From: Carpediemonas membranifera BICM
Taxonomy: Eukaryota > Protista > Fornicata
Direction of reading: 5' to 3'
Assembly: GCA_019828565.1 (NCBI GenBank)
Contig: JAHDYR010000062.1
Coordinates: forward strand, 1,002,421-1,066,420
Length of the DNA stretch: 64,000 nucleotides
Shown: in pieces, positions 55,730 to 64,000 of the stretch
How positions within the stretch are numbered: the first letter of the stretch is position 1
Layout: each line of letters opens with the position of its first letter
Made by a program: the position numbers and the translations under genes
Notes under the pieces: generated by a model
Databases searched by the model: none
What the model was told of the DNA's origin: nothing
The model's input: only the letters and a program-made list of their open reading frames with translations

Positions 55730-57286
55730 TCAGTGGATAGATTGATTGACGAACGACTGGATTACCGCGATCGCCTTGATGGCTGTAAAGTCGCTGAACA
55801 GGTCCCGCACGTCGTTCGCGCTACTCAGAGTGAGCATGGCGTCCGCCCGCAGCTCTATGATCCCCGCCGCCAGCAGTGCCAGTGGCAGCAGACTGTCCTG
55901 GGCAAGCACGCGGTCCCAGAGGCACGCCCACTCCACAGGGGACAGGAAGCCGGCGAACCCGAACACGAGCCAGGGGTGGACCAGATCCAGCACGGTGAGG
56001 CCGAGCTGGGTCAGGTGGGGGGCGATGCGGGGGTTGGTTGTGTGGACCATCGTCTCGACGGCGGACAGCAGATAGGGCAGCCCAAGCCGGCCCGGGGCTA
56101 CGGTGACGAGGCCGCAGAAGTAACGGCAGTACATGGCCCTGAAGAGGCCGTACGCCTCGGCCTGGTCGCTGAAGAGGAGGCAGAACGGGGCGATCAACCG
56201 GACGAAGCCGGCCACGGGATACACACCGCACGGCACGGCCACCTCGGCCTCGCTGGCGACGCCTGTGGGGAGGGGCGGGGTGAGAGCGGCCTGGCGGGAG
56301 ACGGACGCGTCCCGGATGAAGCAGGCGAATAGCTCGTACATCTCGCTCTCAAACACGAAGAAGTGTTCATCCAGCCCGTGCAGCTCGATGTCCGGCGCGG
56401 TGAACGCGTCTACGAGCAGCTGGGTCGTCCTCATCCCGGTCCGGAGTCGGTTGAAGTCGCCGCGGGCCCGGGGGATGTTCGCCCCCAGTAGAGTCGCCCA
56501 CATAGTCCGCCGCAGCCCCGCAGGGATGCCGTGCTTGGCGTACTTTCGTACGGACGTGAGCAAAGGGGCGGTGTAGCCGTCGATGAGGGTCTCGCCCCGC
56601 CGGTACGTCTCCTGGTAGAAGCCCATATCCCACGCGTCGTCCACGCCAAAGTGCTTCTCAGCAGCAGCTATCTCGGGCCACGCGGCAAGTATCGCCTGCG
56701 GGCTGACGTCGCCCGACAGCATCGCCTTCATGGCGCCGACCCTGCCCTGTGGCGCGGCCAGGTTAGTGCTGGTCAGCTCGAGGGAGAGGGTCAGCAGGTC
56801 CTGCGGCGTGTACATGAACGCCATCTCGAAGTCCTCGGAAACCTCGAAGGTGTGTCGGAAGGTGATGTCGTCGAACTGCTGACGCCGCTTCTTCGTCTGC
56901 GGCTGCTCCACGGGGAACGAGAACGGAACGCCCAGGTCCTCAGATAGTTTTTGCAAGTCTCCGTGAATGCGGTCGACGAGCCGCTGCTGCAGGTCGCGGT
57001 ACTGTTGGATGCTCGGGGGAGGGCAGTTGTTCCGGTTGATTTGACGCTGGATCGACGCTGGTAGCGATGCGCCAAAACTCCCAGAGTCCATATGCTTGAA
57101 AATTTCGTTCTGAATCATCGATGTCGCTCCCAACGATCCTGCGATGGTACTCAACGACCGTTTTAGGGAAATGGCTTTGTATTTCGACTTCGTAACTTCA
57201 TCTAGGATATCTGCTTGGCATTGATGGCTCGTGTATGACTGGAAAACGTCCATGCCGTTTCGTCGTCGTTCGTTGTTGCTTGCCAT
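55730..57286 (-). CDS. TBC1D19: TBC1 domain family member 19-like Rab-GAP-domain protein
   Basis: GIPAGLRRTMW, DEHFFVFE, PCGVYPVAGF, FRAMYCRYFC, LWDRVLAQDSL. Confidence 0.8.
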   Translation of the reverse strand: MASNNERRRNGMDVFQSYTSHQCQADILDEVTKSKYKAISLKRSLSTIAGSLGATSMIQNEIFKHMDSGSFGASLPASIQRQINRNNCPPPSIQQYRDLQQRLVDRIHGDLQKLSEDLGVPFSFPVEQPQTKKRRQQFDDITFRHTFEVSEDFEMAFMYTPQDLLTLSLELTSTNLAAPQGRVGAMKAMLSGDVSPQAILAAWPEIAAAEKHFGVDDAWDMGFYQETYRRGETLIDGYTAPLLTSVRKYAKHGIPAGLRRTMWATLLGANIPRARGDFNRLRTGMRTTQLLVDAFTAPDIELHGLDEHFFVFESEMYELFACFIRDASVSRQAALTPPLPTGVASEAEVAVPCGVYPVAGFVRLIAPFCLLFSDQAEAYGLFRAMYCRYFCGLVTVAPGRLGLPYLLSAVETMVHTTNPRIAPHLTQLGLTVLDLVHPWLVFGFAGFLSPVEWACLWDRVLAQDSLLPLALLAAGIIELRADAMLTLSSANDVRDLFSDFTAIKAIAVIQSFVNQSIH

Positions 57287-57435
57287 AGACTGCGAAAATG
57301 TTGGCAGGCCCCCCGGATGACCGGACCCCCCCACAACATAGCCCTGGAGACTCGCACGTGCATGACGGGAGGTGTGTTGCCGGGTTCGATTCGTCCTCGG
57401 CGGTCAACGCCAGCACAGCTTTGGTCAGGCAGGCG

Positions 57436-58659
57436 ATGAAGCACGATTTCACCAAGACGCTGGCAAATGGACTGAAGTTTACGTACATATACAGCCCTAC
57501 GGAGCTCACGTCGATAGGCCTTGGCGTGAAGGCTGGTGTACGGCATGCTCTGGACGACACATGGAATCCAGGGCTCACGTCACATATTATGCAGGAGGTA
57601 GCACAGCAGAACATCGCAATTGGGGCGCCCATGAAGATGATTGGCGCTCATGACCGCGAGTCCATCCGGATGTCCTGTTTCGTCCCCAACGCCCACTCTG
57701 CATCCTGCCTGGACGCCCTCGCCTCGTCCCTCGCCCCTACAGAGGGCATGATTGACGCAGCTATCCCCGGGGCCCGTCATGCCGCGACTGTGGAGGCGCA
57801 GGCACTCCTGCACCCCCAGGCGCTGCGGCAGTCATCGACCCTGCACGCCATGCTCGGGCCTGCTGTGGGACGAATCGATCCGCTCATGACGCAGTGGGAG
57901 CCACAGACTGCGGAAGCGACGCTGGCACAGTTCCACGAGCATGTCCGGCCTGACGTCTCCTCTGTGGTCGTCATTGGCGGGGCGGACCCTAACCAGCTCA
58001 TGGCTAAGCTCGAGTCACTCGACTTCGGGTCAGCTCCGGTCAACGCGGACTCCCCGCTGCACGTGCCTCCTGTGGGTACTGTGCTGACCGCCCGAATCGG
58101 CGAGCCCACTTTCACCCTTTCGTGGCGGGCCGGCGGGCTCGGATCGGGCGACTATATCCCGCTCTCCGTCCTCTTCCGCGCGCTAGGCTCGTGTCAGCGG
58201 TTTGCGGCGGGTGGGCCAGGCAAGGGCCTGCTGGCGGTCCTCCCCCTCATGGGCCTGCCCGCTGGCATGGTCGAGACAGGCGCGGCATACCATCCCCTGT
58301 CGGACATGGGTGTGTTCGAGATCAGTGGCCAGCTGGCACAGTCGACCGGGTCGGACGATGAGAAGCTGCAGTCCGCCATGCAGGCCGGTGCCGCCTTCCT
58401 CGGTCAACTCGGCGGGGCGCTGACCTCTGTGCCCGGGCTGTTCCGCCGTGCGGTGAACCAGTCCAAGAGCAACATGCTGCTCGCCCTCGAGGACATCGCG
58501 GTCCATCTCCGGGAGGCCGTGACCCACTCCATGACGGCAGACGGCATCTACTCCGCCCCTGATCTGGCGGCCCAGCTGGATGGGCTCACAGAGGAGCAGT
58601 GGAGCGATACTGTTGTCCGAATGCTCAAGGGGAAGCCCATGGTCATGCTCACTGTATAG
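57436..58659 (+). CDS. Divergent mitochondrial-processing peptidase alpha subunit (M16B)
   Basis: TLANGL, VKAGVR, degenerate zinc motif (no HxxEH), glycine-rich loop FAAGGPGKG, NQSKSNMLLALE. Start is 57436 or 57298. Confidence 0.8.
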   Translation: MKHDFTKTLANGLKFTYIYSPTELTSIGLGVKAGVRHALDDTWNPGLTSHIMQEVAQQNIAIGAPMKMIGAHDRESIRMSCFVPNAHSASCLDALASSLAPTEGMIDAAIPGARHAATVEAQALLHPQALRQSSTLHAMLGPAVGRIDPLMTQWEPQTAEATLAQFHEHVRPDVSSVVVIGGADPNQLMAKLESLDFGSAPVNADSPLHVPPVGTVLTARIGEPTFTLSWRAGGLGSGDYIPLSVLFRALGSCQRFAAGGPGKGLLAVLPLMGLPAGMVETGAAYHPLSDMGVFEISGQLAQSTGSDDEKLQSAMQAGAAFLGQLGGALTSVPGLFRRAVNQSKSNMLLALEDIAVHLREAVTHSMTADGIYSAPDLAAQLDGLTEEQWSDTVVRMLKGKPMVMLTV

Positions 58660-58754
58660 CTCTCGCCGATGAAGTAAAATACTAGACACGATATAGGTGG
58701 GAATGATGTTTATATCCTATGCGTTTCGGGCAGGTGAAGCGGCTGTAGCGTCGC

Positions 58755-58895
58755 CTACTCGTTGAACGGCATCTGCTCCTTCTGGAACTTGAAGCCATCG
58801 GGCTTCATCTGGTGGTTCTTGTCAAGAGCCTTCTTGCTCTGTCCGAGCTGCGTCACGAACGAGTTATAGAGAGGAGAGTCCTTGCTGTAGAGCAT
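58755..58895 (-). CDS. 46-aa microprotein, not in the ORF track
   Basis: MLYSKDSPLYNSFVTQLGQSKKALDKNHQMKPDGFKFQKEQMPFNE*; all Lys=AAG, Gln=CAG, Phe=TTC, Asn=AAC; ATAAA about 45 nt downstream. Confidence 0.6.
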   Translation of the reverse strand: MLYSKDSPLYNSFVTQLGQSKKALDKNHQMKPDGFKFQKEQMPFNE

Positions 58896-59095
58896 CGCTG
58901 TCTCTGTTGCCAGATTTTTTTCAACACTCCCCTGAACAACTCAAATTTGAGGCAGGGTCGCCGCAATCGATGCAGTAGCACGTGCGACAGTCATCCGTGG
59001 CGTTATACCGTTTTTTGCACAAAAAATGATTGGACGAAACGCCTTCCAGGCAGTGTTTGCGTTACCTAGCAACGTTCACGAATACAAAATAGCGT

Positions 59096-60454
59096 ATGGG
59101 AACAGAATTAGATTGGAAAACAAATAACCCTATGTGGAAGAGCCTACTCGACGAAATAGATGATGGAGAGCCTCTTTGCCCACTCTGCGGCGAAAAACTG
59201 GACAACACAGAGCTTTCCTTCTTCCCCTGCCCGTGTAAGTACCAGGTATGCCGCTTCTGCCTTCACAAGCTGAAGCAGACAGATGCCCGTTGCCCTGCGT
59301 GTAGAAAGCCCTACGACGACAAGGACGCCCGCGTCATCGAGGATTTCCAGCCGACCAACAACGAGTCCTCGTCCAGAAACAGACGGGAAGGGTTGTCACG
59401 AACATCGTCTCGCGAAGCCCTGCGGGATCGAGACCGTAGCGACCTGTCACACCTGTCGCATGTCCGCGTGTTGCAGAGGAACCTCGTCTATCTCGTCAAC
59501 CTGCCCACATACATCGCACGGGAGTCAGCCCTGCGGCAACACGCGCTGCTCGGGCAGTACGCCGTCCACGGCAAGATCAGCAAGATTGTCATCAACAGCG
59601 GAAACACGTCGCAGGATTCTGCCTGTGCGTACGTCACCTTTGCCCGCAAGGAGGACGCCAAGCAGGCCATCCTGGCTGTGAACGAGACGTACTTCGGCGG
59701 CAAGCTCATCCAGGCGTCGTTTGGGACAACGAAGTACTGTTCGAACTTCCTGCAGCACCGCACCTGCTCCAACCCGGAGTGCATGTACCTCCACGAGCTG
59801 GGCGAGGAGGTGTCGACGTTCAGCAAGCACACCGGCCCCGGCAAGCGGCTGTCGTCGTCCCTGATCAACCCCCCGCTGCCACCCAACCGGACCACATTCG
59901 CAGAGACGCCGAAGCAGACGAAGTGCTTCCCCCCAGTACACGCAGGCCGCAGGTCGGAGCCACAGACTCCCAACGGTGGCAGCACCCCGGCTCCTTGGGC
60001 CGCCGCAGTCCGAAAGCCGGCGACACCTGTGGCGGACAGGGCGATGTTCCCCCCGCTCGACAGCACGCAGGGTAAGGGGCGGCGCAGTGCAGAGCCCGCG
60101 CCCGACTTGCCCCCTGGGTTCACCGCCCCTGCCGCGCCGCCTGCCCCACAGCCGTTGGACCTCCTCCGAAAGGCCATGGCCGGTGCGGGGACGACCGACG
60201 TCTACTGGGCGGTACCAGCAGGGCCCCGCCGCGCGGTGACTGCCGAGCGTCTGATGCAGGCTGTGCTCGGGCCCCGCACCGCCCCCGCCCCCGTCGTCGT
60301 CACCGGCAGCGGCGTGGGCAACCCCGAGCGGCTCGCACTCCCGGCAGCCTACGACGTGCAGCACGTGCTGCGGCTGTCGTCTCGCCGTGCGTTCTGCGAC
60401 AGCGCGGGCAGTCTGTTCTCACGTGCCCCGACGAACCACCCCGCACATACATAG
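59096..60454 (+). CDS. CNOT4: CCR4-NOT subunit NOT4 E3 ligase
   Basis: C4C4 RING (CPLC..FFPCPCKYQVCRFC..CPACRKPY), RRM (VRVLQRNLVY..AYVTF), SFGTTKYC..C.NPECMYLHE. Confidence 0.95.
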   Translation: MGTELDWKTNNPMWKSLLDEIDDGEPLCPLCGEKLDNTELSFFPCPCKYQVCRFCLHKLKQTDARCPACRKPYDDKDARVIEDFQPTNNESSSRNRREGLSRTSSREALRDRDRSDLSHLSHVRVLQRNLVYLVNLPTYIARESALRQHALLGQYAVHGKISKIVINSGNTSQDSACAYVTFARKEDAKQAILAVNETYFGGKLIQASFGTTKYCSNFLQHRTCSNPECMYLHELGEEVSTFSKHTGPGKRLSSSLINPPLPPNRTTFAETPKQTKCFPPVHAGRRSEPQTPNGGSTPAPWAAAVRKPATPVADRAMFPPLDSTQGKGRRSAEPAPDLPPGFTAPAAPPAPQPLDLLRKAMAGAGTTDVYWAVPAGPRRAVTAERLMQAVLGPRTAPAPVVVTGSGVGNPERLALPAAYDVQHVLRLSSRRAFCDSAGSLFSRAPTNHPAHT

Positions 60455-60526
60455 CAGCTTAGTCAACCCGCCTGGGTTGAATAAAGGATAAGAAACCAGC
60501 TAAGATGATCATTTACCGAGGAGAGT

Positions 60527-61930
60527 CTACTTCCTGAGGGCCCACTGAATCGCCTGGCACACAGGCTGCACAATCCAGGAGCCGAGCACGCTGCCGAAGT
60601 CGCCGATGAAGAGCCAGCCCGAGAAGGCCATGAGGTTGTACTTGAGGCCCACAGTGTCGTCGATGCGGCGGGAGGATGTCGCGTAGATGGAGCCGTTCCC
60701 GAACATGATCAGGAAGCCCGCGAACACGACGAGCTCGGGGATCGACGAGAGCACGAGGAGAATGCCGACGGCGTTCAGCATCAGGAACAGCAGCGGGTTG
60801 ACGCCCTTCAGCGAGTACGTCGCCCGGCGGGAGACGGTGTCCCCGAGGAAGACGCCTAGGGAATATATCGAGAGGTATGTGCCCTGCGGCATGTCCAGGA
60901 AGGGCAGGACGCTAAAGTGCACCGTTGACTTGGGCGGGTAGATGTAAGACACTGCGGCGGGGCAGAAGAGCGTGACGGTGCACATATTGATGGCCATGGC
61001 GACGGCGTTGACCGAGATCTGCGGCACCCAGCGGTGCCACTCCTTGGCGGCGGACAGTAGCAGGCGGGCGTTGCTCTCGTCGCCGGGGTTATGGATGTAG
61101 GGGATGGTGGTGACGTAGACGACGAGGGCGAGGATGAGAACGGCCGAGGCAAACATGTAGATGCACTCAGGGTGGGGGAAGACGCCGAGGATGAGGAAGC
61201 CGACGACCGTGATGGTGTTGACGCCGATGGGGATGCCCTGCACGGTCCAGTATTTGGCAGTCTTCCCGAACGGCGTGGAGACACTCATGATAGTCGCCTC
61301 GAACGTCCCGATGCCGACGCCGCCGAGTGCATAGGACACGCAGACGAGGGGCAGCGGGGCCTTGCCGGCGGGGAACACGAAAGCGAAGGTGTTGACCATC
61401 GTGCTGAGCAGCATGGCGACGATGGCGATGACTACACGATAGTACGGCGGGACTGGCATGAACAGGAAATTGTGGCCGATGCGGAACACCAGGTTGCCGA
61501 TGAACAGGAAGGAGACGAAGATGCCGAAGAGGTCCTCGAGCAGCTTCGAGGAGTCCGCCCCAACCTGGGCCCGCAGGAAGCTCTGCAGCCCGAACAGCGT
61601 CGCATACCCACTGAACTGGGCGGCTGTGATGATGAAGAACTGCGGCATGGCCCTGGGCTTCACTCCGGGGACAATGCTTTCATCGCCGTCTTCTGGATCA
61701 TCAGACGAGCGGAGCTTGCTATTCTCCGGGAGAAGAGATCTGTCCTCCCAGTTATCCTCGTCGCCGTACCCGAAATCAACGCTGATGTCCGTAAGTTGGC
61801 TGACGTTTTGCAGATCCCCGTTAGTGGAGCCATACTCCGATGCCTCGCTCCCATCCCTGTACGAATCCGCCTCAAACACGTTTGAATGGAACACAGCTGT
61901 CTTTGGCGTGTTTAGCGCATAGCTATCCAT
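60527..61930 (-). CDS. CLN3/battenin-like MFS membrane transporter
   Basis: About 10-11 TM helices after an acidic N-tail containing an EDRSLL dileucine-type motif; LGGVGIGTFE and GNGSIY motifs. Confidence 0.6.
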   Translation of the reverse strand: MDSYALNTPKTAVFHSNVFEADSYRDGSEASEYGSTNGDLQNVSQLTDISVDFGYGDEDNWEDRSLLPENSKLRSSDDPEDGDESIVPGVKPRAMPQFFIITAAQFSGYATLFGLQSFLRAQVGADSSKLLEDLFGIFVSFLFIGNLVFRIGHNFLFMPVPPYYRVVIAIVAMLLSTMVNTFAFVFPAGKAPLPLVCVSYALGGVGIGTFEATIMSVSTPFGKTAKYWTVQGIPIGVNTITVVGFLILGVFPHPECIYMFASAVLILALVVYVTTIPYIHNPGDESNARLLLSAAKEWHRWVPQISVNAVAMAINMCTVTLFCPAAVSYIYPPKSTVHFSVLPFLDMPQGTYLSIYSLGVFLGDTVSRRATYSLKGVNPLLFLMLNAVGILLVLSSIPELVVFAGFLIMFGNGSIYATSSRRIDDTVGLKYNLMAFSGWLFIGDFGSVLGSWIVQPVCQAIQWALRK

Positions 61931-62005
61931 CGTACTAGCGCCAAGATCAGCCGTGGGCCGAGTGCACTTTTGGGCTCGACGCTGAAGGACGCAGTTGGAC
62001 CACCG

Positions 62006-62045
62006 CGGTGTCATCCGGGGGTGTCTGGGGCCCATCGGAGTCGGA
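62006..62045 (+). repeat. Exact 40-bp copy of 63961-64000 (match may continue past the window end)
   Basis: cggtgtcatccgggggtgtctggggcccatcggagtcgga occurs at both places. Confidence 0.95.
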
Positions 62046-62091
62046 AAGCTCCGAGTCAACCGTCGACGCACTTGGACAATGTTGTTGCTTA

Positions 62092-63007
62092 TCAGACCGC
62101 GCTCTGATCCTTCGGCGGGGTGAGGGCCACGAGGTAGCGCTTCATCATGGGATACTGGAACACGTCATCCAGCCGGGGTCGGCGGTCGGGAGCCTTGGTC
62201 AACATGCTTGTGATGAGGTTCTTGAGGCCCTCTGAGACGTGTGTGATGTGCCGAGGGAACCGGATGTCTTTGTCCAGAATCTGACGGTACAGCGCCATCT
62301 GTGTGTTGTTCCGTGGGACAAAGGGGGCCCGCAGGAAGCACATCTCGTACAAGCAGGCCCCGATGGCCCACACATCGACCTTGCTGTCATAGGCCTGCCC
62401 GCTGATGATCTCGGGCGCCTGGTACAGGGGCGTCCCGCACTGCGTCCTGGCCATGGTCTCCTGCTTTAAGATGCGGCCGAGACCCATGTTAGCGACCTTG
62501 ATGTCGCCCGCTTTGGTGACCATGATGTTGGCAGGCTTCAGATCTCGGTGGAGGATGTTGCGGCTGTGCATGTTGTGGAGTGCGAGGCATATCTGAACGA
62601 GCCAGCGCCAGATCTGGTCCTCGGGGATGACCTCGTGTGCCCGCCGCTTGGTCTCCAAGATCGTGCTCAGGTCGTGGCCGTCGATGTACTCCATCACAAT
62701 GTACAGGTGCTTCTGCCAGATGGCGCTGTCGAAGTGGCGGACGACGTTGGGGTGGTTCAGGCGCCTCATGACCCGGACCTCGTTTGACGCACGGGACTGC
62801 TCCTTCTCAGACATTGTAGCGGTGTCGTAGGGCACCATCTTGATTGCTACCTTTGTTCCTGGTTCTAGTTCTACTTCAGAGCCTGTTATGGGGCCGCGTG
62901 GCTTGATCACACTCGCGAGGAAGACTTGGCCGAATGCGCCTTTGCCAAGAATCGCTTCTGGTTGATATTCGTATCTGGTCGAAAGAATAACACCGTTTCC
63001 TGCCATC
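62092..63007 (-). pseudogene. Truncated, catalytically impaired duplicate of the NEK gene at 7361-8587 (pseudogene or pseudokinase)
   Basis: Near-identical DNA to 7674-8587 with DMG->NMG, T->K, a 3-bp deletion and N->S; coiled-coil tail replaced by TGA. Confidence 0.8.
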
Positions 63008-63060
63008 AGGCCATCATCTTCCACCGCAAACGACTGTGACTCCAAAGATTGTGACTCGAG

Positions 63061-63360
63061 TTATGTATTCCGATTTATCTTCATGTAAACAGCTGGCACA
63101 GGCCGACAGCTCGACTGGGAGGAGCTCCAGGCTGAACATTCCCAGCTTGACACTTGTCCACTTGTCGTACACCAGGAGGGTAGCGGACATGAGGGCATCA
63201 GCCATGGTAAGGGCGATCTTGCGGGCAGAGATGCGGAATCTGGCTGCGGACGCGTTAAGGTAGGCCTCGACTTTCGTGACGGACCGGATGATGTTGACGC
63301 TGTCGGGGCGTCGGGGTTCACTACGGTGAGGTTGAGGCGGTAGAGGGCATACTGCTTCAC
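63061..63360 (-). pseudogene. Frameshifted coding-like fragment of unknown origin
   Basis: Coding-like codons switch frame (KQYALYRLNLTVVNPD / DSVNIIRSVTKVEAYLNASAARFRISARKIALTMADALMSATLLVYDKW); no proper start. Confidence 0.35.
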
Positions 63361-63778
63361 CTTATTCTCAACCTCCCTCTCTTTATGTAATTTACGAATT
63401 TATCCGTGTCTTTACATACTGCTGCATATCTACATCCGACCAGCCGGGGCCACTCCTGAAGGAGGACCTTGTCCCACGGCAGCACACTTTATGTGTGCAA
63501 CACAGAATGCATTTCCTTCCTTCAATACTTGTCAGGGTCTCTCGAGCAGAATGTGTGTGTTTTATGTCCATTCAGCTTATATAATCTTCCTTGACCCTTG
63601 TCCAGCGTGTCCATCTCTTGGGGGATTTTCGTCGTAGTCCATCACAAGTCACACCTCCACTCTCCTTAGCCCGGCCGAGCAAGCCGCCAGTTGGACCGGT
63701 AGCCACCTTGACTGTGGCCCAATGCCCCCGTGCCCCACGTACATGGTACACACTCCGATTGATCATTTACCGAAGATC

Positions 63779-64000
63779 CTAACTCGAGGGCTGCAGCTCA
63801 GCCGCGAGCTCGGCTTGCCCTACAATGCCACCCATGTCCGCTGAGGCCGCCTGGACGACATCGATGGGCTGTGTCGCAGTCGACAGGGATGTCCCGAACA
63901 CAAGCGGCGAGTCGGGCGGGCTCGTCACGTCCAGCCCGTCTACGTCGAACATCAGCTCGACGGTGTCATCCGGGGGTGTCTGGGGCCCATCGGAGTCGGA
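63779..64000 (-). CDS. 3' end of a gene continuing beyond the window
   Basis: 74 codons (SDSDGPQTPPDDTVELMFDV...AELQPSS*) followed by GGTAAA 7 nt after the stop. Confidence 0.6.
   Translation of the reverse strand, partial: SDSDGPQTPPDDTVELMFDVDGLDVTSPPDSPLVFGTSLSTATQPIDVVQAASADMGGIVGQAELAAELQPSS

Noticed and set aside
1-64000. Alternative genetic code (TAA/TAG = Gln, as in hexamitid diplomonads)
   Set aside because: Conserved genes end at TAA, TAG and TGA and have no in-frame stops

Overview
This is gene-dense, GC-rich eukaryotic nuclear DNA in the standard genetic code. Intergenic gaps are tiny, spliceosomal introns are few and ultra-short (25-34 nt), and a (G/A)TAAA motif recurs at gene 3' ends. 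These traits plus a divergent MPP-alpha suggest an anaerobic flagellate, probably a metamonad of the Fornicata/Carpediemonas type (inference only). Recognisable genes include proteasome alpha-1, NEK kinase, a USP, TBCCD1, a PDI-like protein, two tandem HSP70s, YyaL/SPATA20, a cathepsin-B-like protease with about 8 Ig-like repeats, VPS20, BRO1/ALIX, TBC1D19, MPP-alpha, NOT4, a CLN3-like transporter, a bacterial-type YecD isochorismatase and tRNA-Gly(CCC). The most notable structures are: (1) a 12-copy homogeneous tandem array of a 90-aa SPEC3/Stum-like membrane-protein gene; (2) a 35-unit coiled-coil repeat built from 21-aa and 32-aa modules; (3) a mosaic near the right end, with a kinase-dead truncated NEK copy from about 54 kb away and an 88-bp insert flanked by 6-bp direct repeats; (4) an intron class whose putative branch point sits a fixed 6 nt from the 3' end; (5) a degenerate tRNA-like Pol III element facing away from a true tRNA in a gene-free island; (6) an unannotated 46-aa microprotein ORF. 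Single-base homopolymer indels in the HSP70 and array copies are probably long-read errors.
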